Below, in pieces: positions 11,251-20,064 of a stretch of 64,000 bases of DNA. Location: NCBI GenBank assembly GCA_022510805.1, contig JAFLSS010000003.1, positions 1,323-65,322 on the forward strand. The letters run 5' to 3'. Position 1 is the stretch's first letter. The number at the start of each line of letters is the position of its first letter. Under the pieces are notes generated by a model, which was not told where the DNA came from, ran no database searches, and saw only the letters and a list, made by a program, of their open reading frames with translations. The stretch is from Akkermansiaceae bacterium (GTDB taxonomy: Bacteria; Verrucomicrobiota; Verrucomicrobiia; Verrucomicrobiales; Akkermansiaceae). Made by a program: the position numbers and the translations under genes.

Positions 11251-12909
11251 ATGCTCGCGCACCTCAAGATACGCAATCTCGCCCTGGTGGATGAACTGGA
11301 ATGGGAGCCGCACGCCGGGTTCCTGGGCATCACCGGTGAGACAGGTGCCGGCAAGTCGGTGATCATGGGCGGCATCTCCCTCGCGCTGGGAGACAGGGCA
11401 GACAAGAGCATGATCCGCAGTGGCGAGACGCAGTGCTCCCTCGAGGCTCTTTTCACCCTCCCCCACCCGGAAGAGCTCAACCGCCGCCTCGAGGAAGCCG
11501 GCGTGCCCCCGTGTGAGGACGGGCAGCTCATCATCCGCCGCATCATCACCCCCACGGCCAATCGCCAATTTATCAACAGCACCCCTGTCACCCTCAACCT
11601 CCTGCGCCAGATCAGCAGCGGGCTGGTCGACATGCACCACCCGGAGGCGCACCGCTCCCTCACTTCCCAGGAGAGGCAGCTCGCGCTGCTGGATGCCTTT
11701 GCAGAGGCGGACACGCAGCGCGAGGCCTACACTACTGCCTACCGCGCCTGGCAAGAGGCGCGCGCCGCCTACCGCAACCTGCTGGAGAGTGAGGCGGCCA
11801 ATGAGCGCGAGCTGGATTTCCTGCGCCACCAGGTGGAAGAGATTGAGAGTGCCCACCTCACAGCGGCAGAGGCGGACAGCCTCGAAGAGCGCTGGCAGCG
11901 CGCGCGCAATTCGACCCGCCTGCGCGACACGGCGCTGCCCATCGCCGCCGCGCTGGAGGCAGATGAGCAGAGCCTCTTGCCGCGGCTGCGCCAAGTCGTG
12001 CGCCACGCGCGCGAGCTCGAGCGGCTCGATGCCGCCTGCGCCACCTGGCTTCAGCCGCTTGAGGAGTGTGTGGAGGCGCTGAGCGAGGTGGCGGCCAATG
12101 CTCAGGATTATGTGGCGGATCTCTGCACTGACCCCGCCGAGCTCGCGGAGCTTGAGGAGCGCATCAGCACCCTCGATACCCTCAAGCGCAAATACGGGGC
12201 AGAGGTCGACACCATCCTCCGCCACCTTGAGGACTGCCGCGCCAAGCTGGCCAATATCGAGCACCGGGATGAGCGCCTGGCGGAGCTTGAAGCGGCGCAG
12301 CAAGCGCGCAAGGCAGATGTGCTGCGCGCCGCGGCTGCCCTGAGCTCCGCCCGCCGCAAAGCAGCCCCGCGGCTCGAGAAGAGCTTTCTCACCCACGCGG
12401 CGCACCTGGGTTTCCGCCAAGCGCACTTCAGCGCGCAGCTCACCCCCGCGGCAGAGCCCGGCCCCCACGGGGCAGAGGAGGTGGAGTTCCTCTTCGGCCC
12501 GAATCCCGGTGAGCCGCTCAAGCCCCTGCGCCACATCGCCTCCAGCGGTGAGCTCGCGCGGGTCATGCTTGCCCTCAAGAGCGCCCTCGCCAAGCAGGAC
12601 GACACGCCCCTGCTCATTTTTGATGAGATTGATGCCAACGTGGGCGGCGAGATTGCGCGCGCCGTGGGCCGCAAGATGCTCGAGCTCGGGCAGGATCACC
12701 AGGTGATCGCCATCACCCACTTCCCGCAGGTGGCCGCCCTGGCAAACCACCACTACCTCATCTCCAAGCAGACAGAGGGCGGGCGCACCGTGTCGCACCT
12801 CCATGAGGTCTGCGGTGAAGCGCGGGTGAGTGAGCTCATGCGCATGCTCGGCACCACCGGGCCCACCGCCCGCGCCCACGCGCAGGAGCTCCTGCAGAGC
12901 GGCAGCTGA
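11251..12909 (+). CDS. recN: DNA repair protein RecN
   Basis: 552 aa. N-terminal Walker A (GETGAGKS), a long coiled coil, and the C-terminal signature SGGELARVMLALK plus the Walker B segment LLIFDEID. Confidence 0.9.
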   Translation: MLAHLKIRNLALVDELEWEPHAGFLGITGETGAGKSVIMGGISLALGDRADKSMIRSGETQCSLEALFTLPHPEELNRRLEEAGVPPCEDGQLIIRRIITPTANRQFINSTPVTLNLLRQISSGLVDMHHPEAHRSLTSQERQLALLDAFAEADTQREAYTTAYRAWQEARAAYRNLLESEAANERELDFLRHQVEEIESAHLTAAEADSLEERWQRARNSTRLRDTALPIAAALEADEQSLLPRLRQVVRHARELERLDAACATWLQPLEECVEALSEVAANAQDYVADLCTDPAELAELEERISTLDTLKRKYGAEVDTILRHLEDCRAKLANIEHRDERLAELEAAQQARKADVLRAAAALSSARRKAAPRLEKSFLTHAAHLGFRQAHFSAQLTPAAEPGPHGAEEVEFLFGPNPGEPLKPLRHIASSGELARVMLALKSALAKQDDTPLLIFDEIDANVGGEIARAVGRKMLELGQDHQVIAITHFPQVAALANHHYLISKQTEGGRTVSHLHEVCGEARVSELMRMLGTTGPTARAHAQELLQSGS

Positions 12910-12992
12910 TGCCCTGCCCACCCCCCGCAGCGCGCGCCCCCCTCCTCCACCTTGTTTTGATGACTCGGCGCCGCGGCCGCGTCTCACCCTGC

Positions 12993-13271
12993 ATGCACCA
13001 GCCCTACAGCATCATTACCGGCGTGGCGGCAGCAGCGCTGCTCACGGCAGGCCTGCAGCAAGCCCCTGCCCTCACCATCAACCTCGGCCGTGGCAGCGAG
13101 TCCTCCGCTCATCACGCACGCGACTACCGCCGAGAGCGCGCCCCCCGCCGCCACTATGAGCACGAGCGGGAGCGGGACTCCTCCTCGCTCGAGCGCGATA
13201 TACGGCGCGTCATCCACCGCCGCAGCGACTCGCGCCCGGAGCCACCGCCGCCCGGCCCCCGGCGCCGCTAG
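12993..13271 (+). CDS. Possible small secreted Arg/Glu/His-rich protein
   Basis: The ATG at 12993 gives MHQPYSIITGVAAAALLTAGLQQAPA (signal-like), followed by a highly charged RE/H-rich tail. An antisense ORF of equal length exists (12984..13274), so coding is uncertain. Confidence 0.25.
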   Translation: MHQPYSIITGVAAAALLTAGLQQAPALTINLGRGSESSAHHARDYRRERAPRRHYEHERERDSSSLERDIRRVIHRRSDSRPEPPPPGPRRR

Positions 13272-13295
13272 CACCCACCACCGGCGGGAGACGCC

Positions 13296-14279
13296 TCAGA
13301 GCGCCTCCACCAGCTCCAGCCCCAGCTCCTCGAGCTTGGCCATGTCGGCCGCGATCCCGGCGCCGGGGATAGTGAGGTAATTACCGGTCATGAACGCATT
13401 AGCGCCGGCAGCAAACATCTCATACTGCCGCTCCTTGAGCACACTCACGCGCCCGCCGCAGATACGCAGAGTCGCCTCCGGCAGCAGGTGGCGGAACAAC
13501 GCCACAATCCGCAGCGCCTCCTCCGGCGGCATCACCGGCTGATTCGCCAGCGGAGTGCCGGGGTGCGGGTAGAGGAAATTGATCGGGATATTGCGGATCC
13601 CCTCACGCTTGAGCTCCAGGGCAAACGTGATGCGGTCCTCCCAGCTCTCACCCAAGCCGAACAAGCCGCCGCAGCACACCGAAAGCCCATGCTCCTGCGC
13701 CTGATGCACCGTATCCAAACGGTCGCGCCAGGTCTGAGTCGTACACACATGGGGATAAAAACTCTCACAAGTCTCCAGATTGTGGTGCAGGCGCGTGAGC
13801 CCCGCCTGCTTCAGCCGCTCCAGCGCGCGGTCCTTGAGGCGGCCGAGAGAGCCGCAAATCTGCGGGCGCTTCTTGCCGGAGGCCAAGTGCTTCTCAATAA
13901 AGAGCGCCAGCTTCTCCACATCGGCATCCGTGAGCGCCCCGCCGGAGGTCACCACCCCGCAGCGCCCCACCGGGAAAGGCTGCCAGCCCTCCACAATCTC
14001 CTCCAGCTGCTCGGAGCTCATGAACGGGTAGCGCTCAATCTCTGTGCTGTTGAATCCACTCTGAGAGCAAAAGCGGCAGTTCATATTGCAATTACCACTC
14101 TTGGCATTGATGATGAAACACGCCTCCACGCGGCGGCCGAAATAAAACTCACGCAGCTGAGTCGCGCCGGCAAAAAGCTCTGCCTCCGGCAGCTCCACCA
14201 GAGCCCGCGCCTCCTCGCGGCTCAGCCCCCCATTCTCCACAGCCGATTGTGCATACGTTGTCATAACACGGCGCATCAT
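13296..14279 (-). CDS. bioB: Biotin synthase
   Basis: Radical-SAM motif CNMNCRFCSQ with BioB-like full length. The start is ambiguous among 14321, 14279, 14276 and 14264. Confidence 0.85.
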   Translation of the reverse strand: MMRRVMTTYAQSAVENGGLSREEARALVELPEAELFAGATQLREFYFGRRVEACFIINAKSGNCNMNCRFCSQSGFNSTEIERYPFMSSEQLEEIVEGWQPFPVGRCGVVTSGGALTDADVEKLALFIEKHLASGKKRPQICGSLGRLKDRALERLKQAGLTRLHHNLETCESFYPHVCTTQTWRDRLDTVHQAQEHGLSVCCGGLFGLGESWEDRITFALELKREGIRNIPINFLYPHPGTPLANQPVMPPEEALRIVALFRHLLPEATLRICGGRVSVLKERQYEMFAAGANAFMTGNYLTIPGAGIAADMAKLEELGLELVEAL

Positions 14280-14348
14280 ACCACGCACCGGGGGGCTCTG
14301 GCAAGCCTCATGTGGAACCAAGCGCGCGCCGCCGCCTATTAGCTGCCC

Positions 14349-14378
14349 TTGACTTGGGTGGGGTGGTGGTGGTATAGT
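14349..14378 (+). promoter_or_regulatory. Sigma70-like promoter abutting the amidase start codon
   Basis: TTGACT (14349-14354), N18, TATAGT (14373-14378). The ATG at 14385 lies only 6 nt after the -10 hexamer. Confidence 0.35.
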
Positions 14379-14384
14379 ACGGCT

Positions 14385-15290
14385 ATGATAGGACGACTGC
14401 TACTGAGTTGTTTGACGCTGGCGCTGATGTGCTGCGCGCAGGTGCCCACACGCGGGGAGATGCACGGGCCGGTGGTGCTTGATATCGGCCACTTTATCGG
14501 CGGGGATGGCGCGCAGACCCCGAGCCCGGTGCGGGGCAAGGTGATCACTGAATGCACGTTCTGGTACCAATATGCGGCGGAGGTGAAGCAGGTGGTGCAG
14601 GCGGCCGGGTATGACTGCACGATTGTGAACCGCGGGAACGCGCCCACGAAGGAGCCGCTGGCCGGCTATGCCCGCCGCGCCGGGGTGGTGCATCTGCAGC
14701 GGCCGGATGTGAATGCAACGCGCTATCCCTCACGCTACTTTGCAGACCGCGTGGCCTCGGGTATGGTGAGTGCTGATTATGCTATCTCACGCCGGGCGGC
14801 GTGCATGGTGTTCCTGCACCACAACAGCACCTCCTCGCGCTGGACAAGCGGCGCCTCCCCCAGTATGGTGCTGTGCAATAAGTTCAACGGGCGCACGCTG
14901 GCGGAGTGTTTGTGCCGCGCGCTCAATACGGAGATCCTGAACCACGGCATGCCCAATGGCGGGCGCGAGTGCCGGCCGGAGGTGAGCTGTGTGGATGCGC
15001 AGCGTGCGGCGGGCTGGCTGAATGCGTGTGATGATGCGGGGATTCCCGCGGCGGTGATTGAGGCGGCGTTTCTGAACAACCGCGCTCACGCTGAGTTCTT
15101 GGCGCAAGATGCCCAGGCGCGCCGCTATGCGCAGACAGTGGGGCATGGTATTGTGGCCTATCTGCGGGCACACGGGCACGAGCCGCGGCACGTGCGCGCT
15201 AACCCGGATGTGCCGGATCAGGGCTCTTTCGGCTATGCGGCGGAGTCACGCCGCCTCAAGGTGCCCGGGGCTAAGCGCCTGCTGCCGTAG
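14385..15290 (+). CDS. N-acetylmuramoyl-L-alanine amidase family (Amidase_3) lipoprotein
   Basis: Lipobox-like MIGRLLLSCLTLALMCCAQ. Zn-ligand pattern LDIGH...E...FLHHNS...IEAAFLNN. Confidence 0.7.
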   Translation: MIGRLLLSCLTLALMCCAQVPTRGEMHGPVVLDIGHFIGGDGAQTPSPVRGKVITECTFWYQYAAEVKQVVQAAGYDCTIVNRGNAPTKEPLAGYARRAGVVHLQRPDVNATRYPSRYFADRVASGMVSADYAISRRAACMVFLHHNSTSSRWTSGASPSMVLCNKFNGRTLAECLCRALNTEILNHGMPNGGRECRPEVSCVDAQRAAGWLNACDDAGIPAAVIEAAFLNNRAHAEFLAQDAQARRYAQTVGHGIVAYLRAHGHEPRHVRANPDVPDQGSFGYAAESRRLKVPGAKRLLP

Positions 15291-16179
15291 CAAGGGCTTG
15301 GCGCATGGGCTCTATCTCCGGCAGCCGGCCAAACCAGTGCTCAAACGCCAGCGCCCCCTGCCAGAGGAGCATGCTCCGCCCACCCGCCGCAAGACACCCC
15401 CGCTCTGCCGCTGCGCGCAGCAGGGGGGTGGGGTGGGTGATGAGGTCATAGACAGCGGCGCCGGCATGCAGCATTTCCGCCGGGAGCGGCAGGGGATCTG
15501 CCGCAGTGAGGCCGAGGCTGGTGGCATTCACGACTAGGCTGGCGCCGGCCACAGCGGCGCGGAGGCCGGCGGTGTCCGCAAAGCTCAGCGCGCGCAGGGT
15601 GGCGCCGGGGCGGCAGTGGGGCTGCAGCAGCTCGAGCATGGCGCCGAGCTCCGGCCGGGGGCGGTTCACCAAGGTGAGGCAGGGGCAGCCGGAGAGCACG
15701 CACTGCGCGGCCAGGGCAGCGCCGGCGCCGCCGCAGGCGCCGAGCAGCACGATGCTGCGCTGCGCGGCCAGGCCGCAGCCGCAGAGCTCATGAATGGCGC
15801 GCTCAAATCCGGGGCCATCGGTATTGTAACAGGCTGTTTTCTCGCCGCGGAAGACGAGCGTGTTTGCCGCGCCGCAGAGGCGGGAGAGGGGATCTGCCTC
15901 ATCTGCCAGGGCGTAGGCCTGTTTTTTGAATGGCACAGTGACATTGGCCCCCACAAATTGCGCCCGGCGCAAGGCGGAGATGAGGGCGGGGAAAGCGCCC
16001 TCCTCCCGCTCGCAGAGCAGGCGGATGTAGGAGTGCGGGAGGCCGGCGGTGTCGAGAGCGGCCTGCTGCATGGGTGGCGAGACCGAGTGGGCGATGGGGT
16101 TGCCCACCACGCCCAGCCGCGCCCGCGCAGGCAGAGCACCGGCCGCCAGATCAGCGGCTGTGTAGTACGGGGGCTGCAT
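15271..16179 (-). CDS. aroE: Shikimate dehydrogenase
   Basis: The start MQPPYY at 16179 overlaps the yajC stop (TAATG). Motifs GNPIAHSVSP, NVTVPFK, NTDG and GAGGAG are present. The listed 512-aa ORF is an upstream over-extension. Confidence 0.85.
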   Translation of the reverse strand: MQPPYYTAADLAAGALPARARLGVVGNPIAHSVSPPMQQAALDTAGLPHSYIRLLCEREEGAFPALISALRRAQFVGANVTVPFKKQAYALADEADPLSRLCGAANTLVFRGEKTACYNTDGPGFERAIHELCGCGLAAQRSIVLLGACGGAGAALAAQCVLSGCPCLTLVNRPRPELGAMLELLQPHCRPGATLRALSFADTAGLRAAVAGASLVVNATSLGLTAADPLPLPAEMLHAGAAVYDLITHPTPLLRAAAERGCLAAGGRSMLLWQGALAFEHWFGRLPEIEPMRQALATAAGA

Positions 16180-16511
16180 TAGTTCTCCGGAGAGCCATCC
16201 TTGCCAATGGTGTGCATGATGGAGCTCTTCATGATTTTGATGACCACATTGGGCGCGACCTCGAGCTTGACGGCAGCGTCCTGCACTTCGCGGACAATGC
16301 CGTAGATACCGCCGGCGGTGATCACCTTGTCCCCGCCCTTCAGGGCATCCTGGCGGGCCTTGAGCTCTTTTTGGCGCTTGTTGTTGGGGCGGATGGCGAT
16401 GAAGTAGAAGATGAGAATGATGGGGACCAGGGTGATGAGCATGTTGAAAAGACCTCCCTGGGGGGCTTCCTGAGCCGCCTGAGCGGCCTGTGCAATGATG
16501 GAGTAGTTCAT
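16179..16511 (-). CDS. yajC: Preprotein translocase subunit YajC
   Basis: 110 aa with a single TM segment followed by RPNNKRQKELKARQDALKGGDKVITAGGIYG. Confidence 0.85.
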   Translation of the reverse strand: MNYSIIAQAAQAAQEAPQGGLFNMLITLVPIILIFYFIAIRPNNKRQKELKARQDALKGGDKVITAGGIYGIVREVQDAAVKLEVAPNVVIKIMKSSIMHTIGKDGSPEN

Positions 16512-17638
16512 GATAATTGATGGGCTTGGTAACGCGAGATGAAGCTGCGTTTGAAGGCAGCGAATTGACCGGCTTCGATGGCGCTTCTCGCTTGCGCGAC
16601 GAGCCGGAGGTAGAAGTGAAGATTTTGGAAGGAGAGCACGCGCAGGGCGAGCATCTCACCCGCGCGGAAGAAGTGGCGGATGGCGGCGCGGGAGAAGCGG
16701 GTGACATGGGGGTGCCCCTCGGGGTCGATGGGGCGCGGGTCGTTTTTCCACGCTTCGTTTTTGATGTGCATGGGGCCATCCGGCGTGAGGGCAACACCGT
16801 GGCGCGCAAGCCGGGTGGGCATCACGCAGTCAAACATGTCGACCCCGCGCTCAATCATCTCAAGGATCTGCACGGGCGTGCCCAGGCCCATGGCGTAGCG
16901 GGCTTTGTGGGTGGGGAGGTAGGGGGTGGTGTTTTCGATGGCGCGCAGCATCTCCTCCTCCGGCTCGCCCACGGAGACACCGCCGATGGCGTAGCCGTCG
17001 AAATCCATGGCCGCGAGCTCCTCCGCGCAGCTTTTGCGCAGATCCGCATACACGGAGCCCTGCACGATGCCGAAATGCTGCTGGAGGCCGGGGCCGCTCA
17101 TGGGCAGGTGCGAGTCGACCCACGCTTTGCAGCGCTTGGCCCAGCGCAGGGTGTAGCCGAGTGATTTTTCGGCGTAGCGGCGGTCGCAAGGGTAAGGTGG
17201 GCACTCATCAAAAAGCATGGCAATATCGGCGCCGAGGTTGGCTTGTATTTCCATGCTGCGCTCAGGGGTGAGCATCATGTATGCGCCGTCGATATGATTG
17301 CGGAAGCGCACACCATCTTCGGTGATCTTGCGCAGCTGCGCGAGGCTCCACACTTGGAAGCCGCCGGAGTCGGTGAGCATGGGGCGCTCCCAGCCGGCAA
17401 AGGAGTGCAGCCCGCCGAGGCTGCGGATGCTTTCATCCCCCGGGCGCAGGCAGAGGTGGTATGTGTTACCCAGGATGATGCGCGCGCCGAGAGCCTCCAG
17501 ATCCTCAGGGTGCAGGGTTTTCACGGTACCCTGCGTGCCCACGGGCATGAAGATGGGGGTGGGCACGTCACCATGCGGCAGGTGCAGGGTGCCGCGGCGG
17601 GCGCCGGAGGGGTCGACACTGTGCAGTTCGAAGCTCAT
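16508..17638 (-). CDS. tgt: tRNA-guanine transglycosylase (queuine insertase)
   Basis: The ATG at 17638 (MSFELH...) overlaps the trmB stop (ATGA). Motifs TPIFMPVGT, TDSGGFQ and GLGTP are present. The 3' end overlaps the yajC start by 4 nt. Confidence 0.9.
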   Translation of the reverse strand: MSFELHSVDPSGARRGTLHLPHGDVPTPIFMPVGTQGTVKTLHPEDLEALGARIILGNTYHLCLRPGDESIRSLGGLHSFAGWERPMLTDSGGFQVWSLAQLRKITEDGVRFRNHIDGAYMMLTPERSMEIQANLGADIAMLFDECPPYPCDRRYAEKSLGYTLRWAKRCKAWVDSHLPMSGPGLQQHFGIVQGSVYADLRKSCAEELAAMDFDGYAIGGVSVGEPEEEMLRAIENTTPYLPTHKARYAMGLGTPVQILEMIERGVDMFDCVMPTRLARHGVALTPDGPMHIKNEAWKNDPRPIDPEGHPHVTRFSRAAIRHFFRAGEMLALRVLSFQNLHFYLRLVAQARSAIEAGQFAAFKRSFISRYQAHQLS

Positions 17639-18243
17639 GCGGGTAAGGAGGTGTACTTGGCGGAGAAGATCTGCTTGCCCTGGGCTTCCCACTGGCGCTG
17701 GAAATCGGTCTTGGGGTAGAAGGGCTCATCCCACTCCACGCGGCGGAAGAGGGGACTGGCCGCAAAACACTCACACACCCAGGTGAAATACTCCTCATGA
17801 TCCGTGCGGAAGAGGAACTCCCCCTGTGCAGTGAGGGCGCGGTGGAGCACCGGCAGGAAGGAGGGCTGCACCAGGCGGTTTTTGTGGTGTTTTTCCTTGG
17901 GCCAGGGATCAGGGAAGAGGTAGTGCAGGCGCGAGATGCTGCCGGGCTGCACCATCCACTCCAAAAAATAGCGGCTCTCTACGCGCAGGCCGCGCAGGTT
18001 GGCCAGCCGGCGGCGGTCGCCCTCGGCGCATACTTTGCGGATGCGCCCCAGCAGGCGCTCGACACCGAGGAAGAGGCGCTCCGGGTAGTGCTCTGCCATG
18101 GCCAGCAGGAAGCCGCCGTCCCCGCAGCCGAGATCCACCTCACACGCGCTGCCCGCAGGTGCGTCAAATACCTCCGCCACGCTGTATCGGCGGAAAAAGT
18201 CATGCGGTATAAATGCGGTGCCCATCTGCTGCTCATTGTACAT
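17635..18243 (-). CDS. trmB: tRNA (guanine-N7)-methyltransferase
   Basis: 202 aa. SAM motif VDLGCGDGGF and FPDPWPKEKHHKNRL. Confidence 0.85.
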   Translation of the reverse strand: MYNEQQMGTAFIPHDFFRRYSVAEVFDAPAGSACEVDLGCGDGGFLLAMAEHYPERLFLGVERLLGRIRKVCAEGDRRRLANLRGLRVESRYFLEWMVQPGSISRLHYLFPDPWPKEKHHKNRLVQPSFLPVLHRALTAQGEFLFRTDHEEYFTWVCECFAASPLFRRVEWDEPFYPKTDFQRQWEAQGKQIFSAKYTSLPA

Positions 18244-18337
18244 GAGTGCGCGTAGAAAGTCAAAGGGGGATTTCTGAAATTAGCCTAAAATGACGTAGTC
18301 AACAGCAAATGGGCGCTTCTCAAAAGGAGCCCGGTAT

Positions 18338-18400
18338 GACGATTGACTAACGGGAAAAAGGGACGCGCGCTGCGAGCTCTCCTTCTGTTAGTCAATCGTC
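18338..18400. repeat. Perfect 14-bp inverted repeat with a 35-nt loop
   Basis: GACGATTGACTAAC (18338-18351) and GTTAGTCAATCGTC (18387-18400). Confidence 0.6.
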
Positions 18401-18409
18401 GCCGAGCCC

Positions 18410-18973
18410 TCAGGGCATGGGGCTGATGCGGATGACTTCCACTAACTCCTCCTCGCCAGAGGAGCCCTTAATGCGTATGATGCCGCCGATGAGCGCTTTG
18501 CCCTGCACGCGCCATGTCATGCGCATGTGTACCGCGCCCGTGGCCACAGGATACAGCAAATGCAGCGCGGGGTATTCATCATCTGCCGCAGAATCCATCT
18601 CATACACCCCGTATAACGAATGGCGCCGCCCGCTGCATACACAGGCAAAGTGAGTGTCATCCAGCCACATGATTTGCTGTGTGACCTCCGGCGCCTGTAC
18701 ATTGACATGGAAGCAATAAAAGAAGCGCACTGCACCATCTGCCTCCTTTAGCGCGAGGTAATTATTCCACTCGGAATTATTCCCGTCGCGATGGAACACG
18801 ATGATGCGCTGCCCCTTCGAGTTCGGCTCGGAGATGAGCTGTATCTCTTTCTCTTGGATGGGGGCGGTGAGCTCTTGCAGGCACTCGGGCGTGAAGCGGG
18901 GCGCTTTCTCATCCGCTGCCGGGGCAAGCGCGACCAAGAGCATGGCGCCTATGGCACAAATGTACTTTTTCAT
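18410..18973 (-). CDS. Secreted hypothetical protein
   Basis: 187 aa with signal peptide MKKYICAIGAMLLVALAPAA. No family recognised. Confidence 0.6.
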   Translation of the reverse strand: MKKYICAIGAMLLVALAPAADEKAPRFTPECLQELTAPIQEKEIQLISEPNSKGQRIIVFHRDGNNSEWNNYLALKEADGAVRFFYCFHVNVQAPEVTQQIMWLDDTHFACVCSGRRHSLYGVYEMDSAADDEYPALHLLYPVATGAVHMRMTWRVQGKALIGGIIRIKGSSGEEELVEVIRISPMP

Positions 18974-18991
18974 GGGGAAAAAACCGGTAGA

Positions 18992-19999
18992 TTATTTTTT
19001 GACAGGTGGTTTTGCTTTCAGCGGCACGGCGTGGAAGGGCTGCGCCGGGGCGCCTTTGTGCTTGGCGGGGTTCATGGAGGAGATGTGCTCGGGGGTGATG
19101 GTGAAGGTGAAGGTGCCGCCTTTGGCTTCATCTTTGGCATCGAGGATGTGGTCGAACACGCAGACGGGTTGGTTGCCCTGTGTCTCGGGCATCACAAAGA
19201 GGCCGATGCCCATATTGGGGTGCTCTTGGCCGGAGCGGCTGTTGCGGATGGTGTAGGTGATGGTGTTTTTGCCACGGCGCAGCCCGCCGGAGATGGTGTC
19301 GGCCCGGCGCTCATCATCAAACTCATGGAGGGAGACCCCATTGATGCGCATCTCGATCTCGCGGCCGGGGCAGTCCACAAACACCTTGCCGATGAGCTCA
19401 GGCGCGGCGCAGGCAGGCGGCACAGAGGGGAGGCTGGTGTAGGGGTGGAAGCCATCCTGCTCACGCAGCACGGTCAGGTCATGCTCTTTCAGGCGCTTGA
19501 GCACGGCAGGCAGGCGGCTCAGGTCAAAAAAACGCGTCTGGTCAATCTTCCAGCGCCCGTCCTCATTCACCATGAGCACCACAAAGGCGTTGTCGCTCGG
19601 CTTGCCGTCACCCAGCTGCATCTTGCCGATGAAGGTGGCAGCCAGAGTCTTGCCGCCGCAGGCGCCCAAGGCGCCCACGAAGTGAAAGTGCTCCAGCTGG
19701 GGGGCTTGCTGAGCGCTGCGGAAGAAATCTCGGGGGAAGGAGCCGCGCTCGGAGATGATGAGGTTGCGCACGCGCATCTGGCGGGAGGCCGTGGTGTTGC
19801 GGCGCCAGGAGATTTCATCTCCCCGCTGCACGCTGAGGCGCCAGGTGTTGTACACCGTGTCCACCAGAGATCGGGCTTTCTGCTGATCAGGGGTGAGCAG
19901 GGCGGGCGCTTTCTCCGGGGAGGCGGAAGATTGAGCATGGGCTTGCAGGGCACCCCCGCAGGCCACCAGGGCGGACAAGGTCAGAAAAATGGCTCTCAT
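18992..19999 (-). CDS. Secreted hypothetical protein
   Basis: 335 aa with signal peptide MRAIFLTLSALVACGGALQAHA. No family recognised. Confidence 0.65.
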   Translation of the reverse strand: MRAIFLTLSALVACGGALQAHAQSSASPEKAPALLTPDQQKARSLVDTVYNTWRLSVQRGDEISWRRNTTASRQMRVRNLIISERGSFPRDFFRSAQQAPQLEHFHFVGALGACGGKTLAATFIGKMQLGDGKPSDNAFVVLMVNEDGRWKIDQTRFFDLSRLPAVLKRLKEHDLTVLREQDGFHPYTSLPSVPPACAAPELIGKVFVDCPGREIEMRINGVSLHEFDDERRADTISGGLRRGKNTITYTIRNSRSGQEHPNMGIGLFVMPETQGNQPVCVFDHILDAKDEAKGGTFTFTITPEHISSMNPAKHKGAPAQPFHAVPLKAKPPVKK

Positions 20000-20064
20000 G
20001 GCTCCTCTAACCTTACATCAGACTTGCCAATGTGGCAAGAAAATTGCATACTGTAGGGCAGGTT

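Noticed and set aside
11179-12987. 602-aa ORF antisense to recN. Similar long antisense ORFs: 60740..63694 (antisense to mfd), 29505..31343 and 25899..27557 (giant ORF), 42376..43449 (macA), 53084..54199 (bamA), 47761..49095 (lpdA), 18791..20056, and 36758..38218 and 38315..39586 (hrpA).
   Set aside because: These are shadow ORFs typical of high-GC DNA. Their translations are Arg/Ala/Gly/His-rich low-complexity sequence with no motifs, while the opposite strand encodes clearly recognisable proteins.
15271-16809. 512-aa ORF listed on the minus strand.
   Set aside because: Only the last 302 codons (from the ATG at 16179) look like AroE. The upstream part is out-of-frame read-through across yajC and the end of tgt, with Pro/Ser/Arg-rich nonsense.
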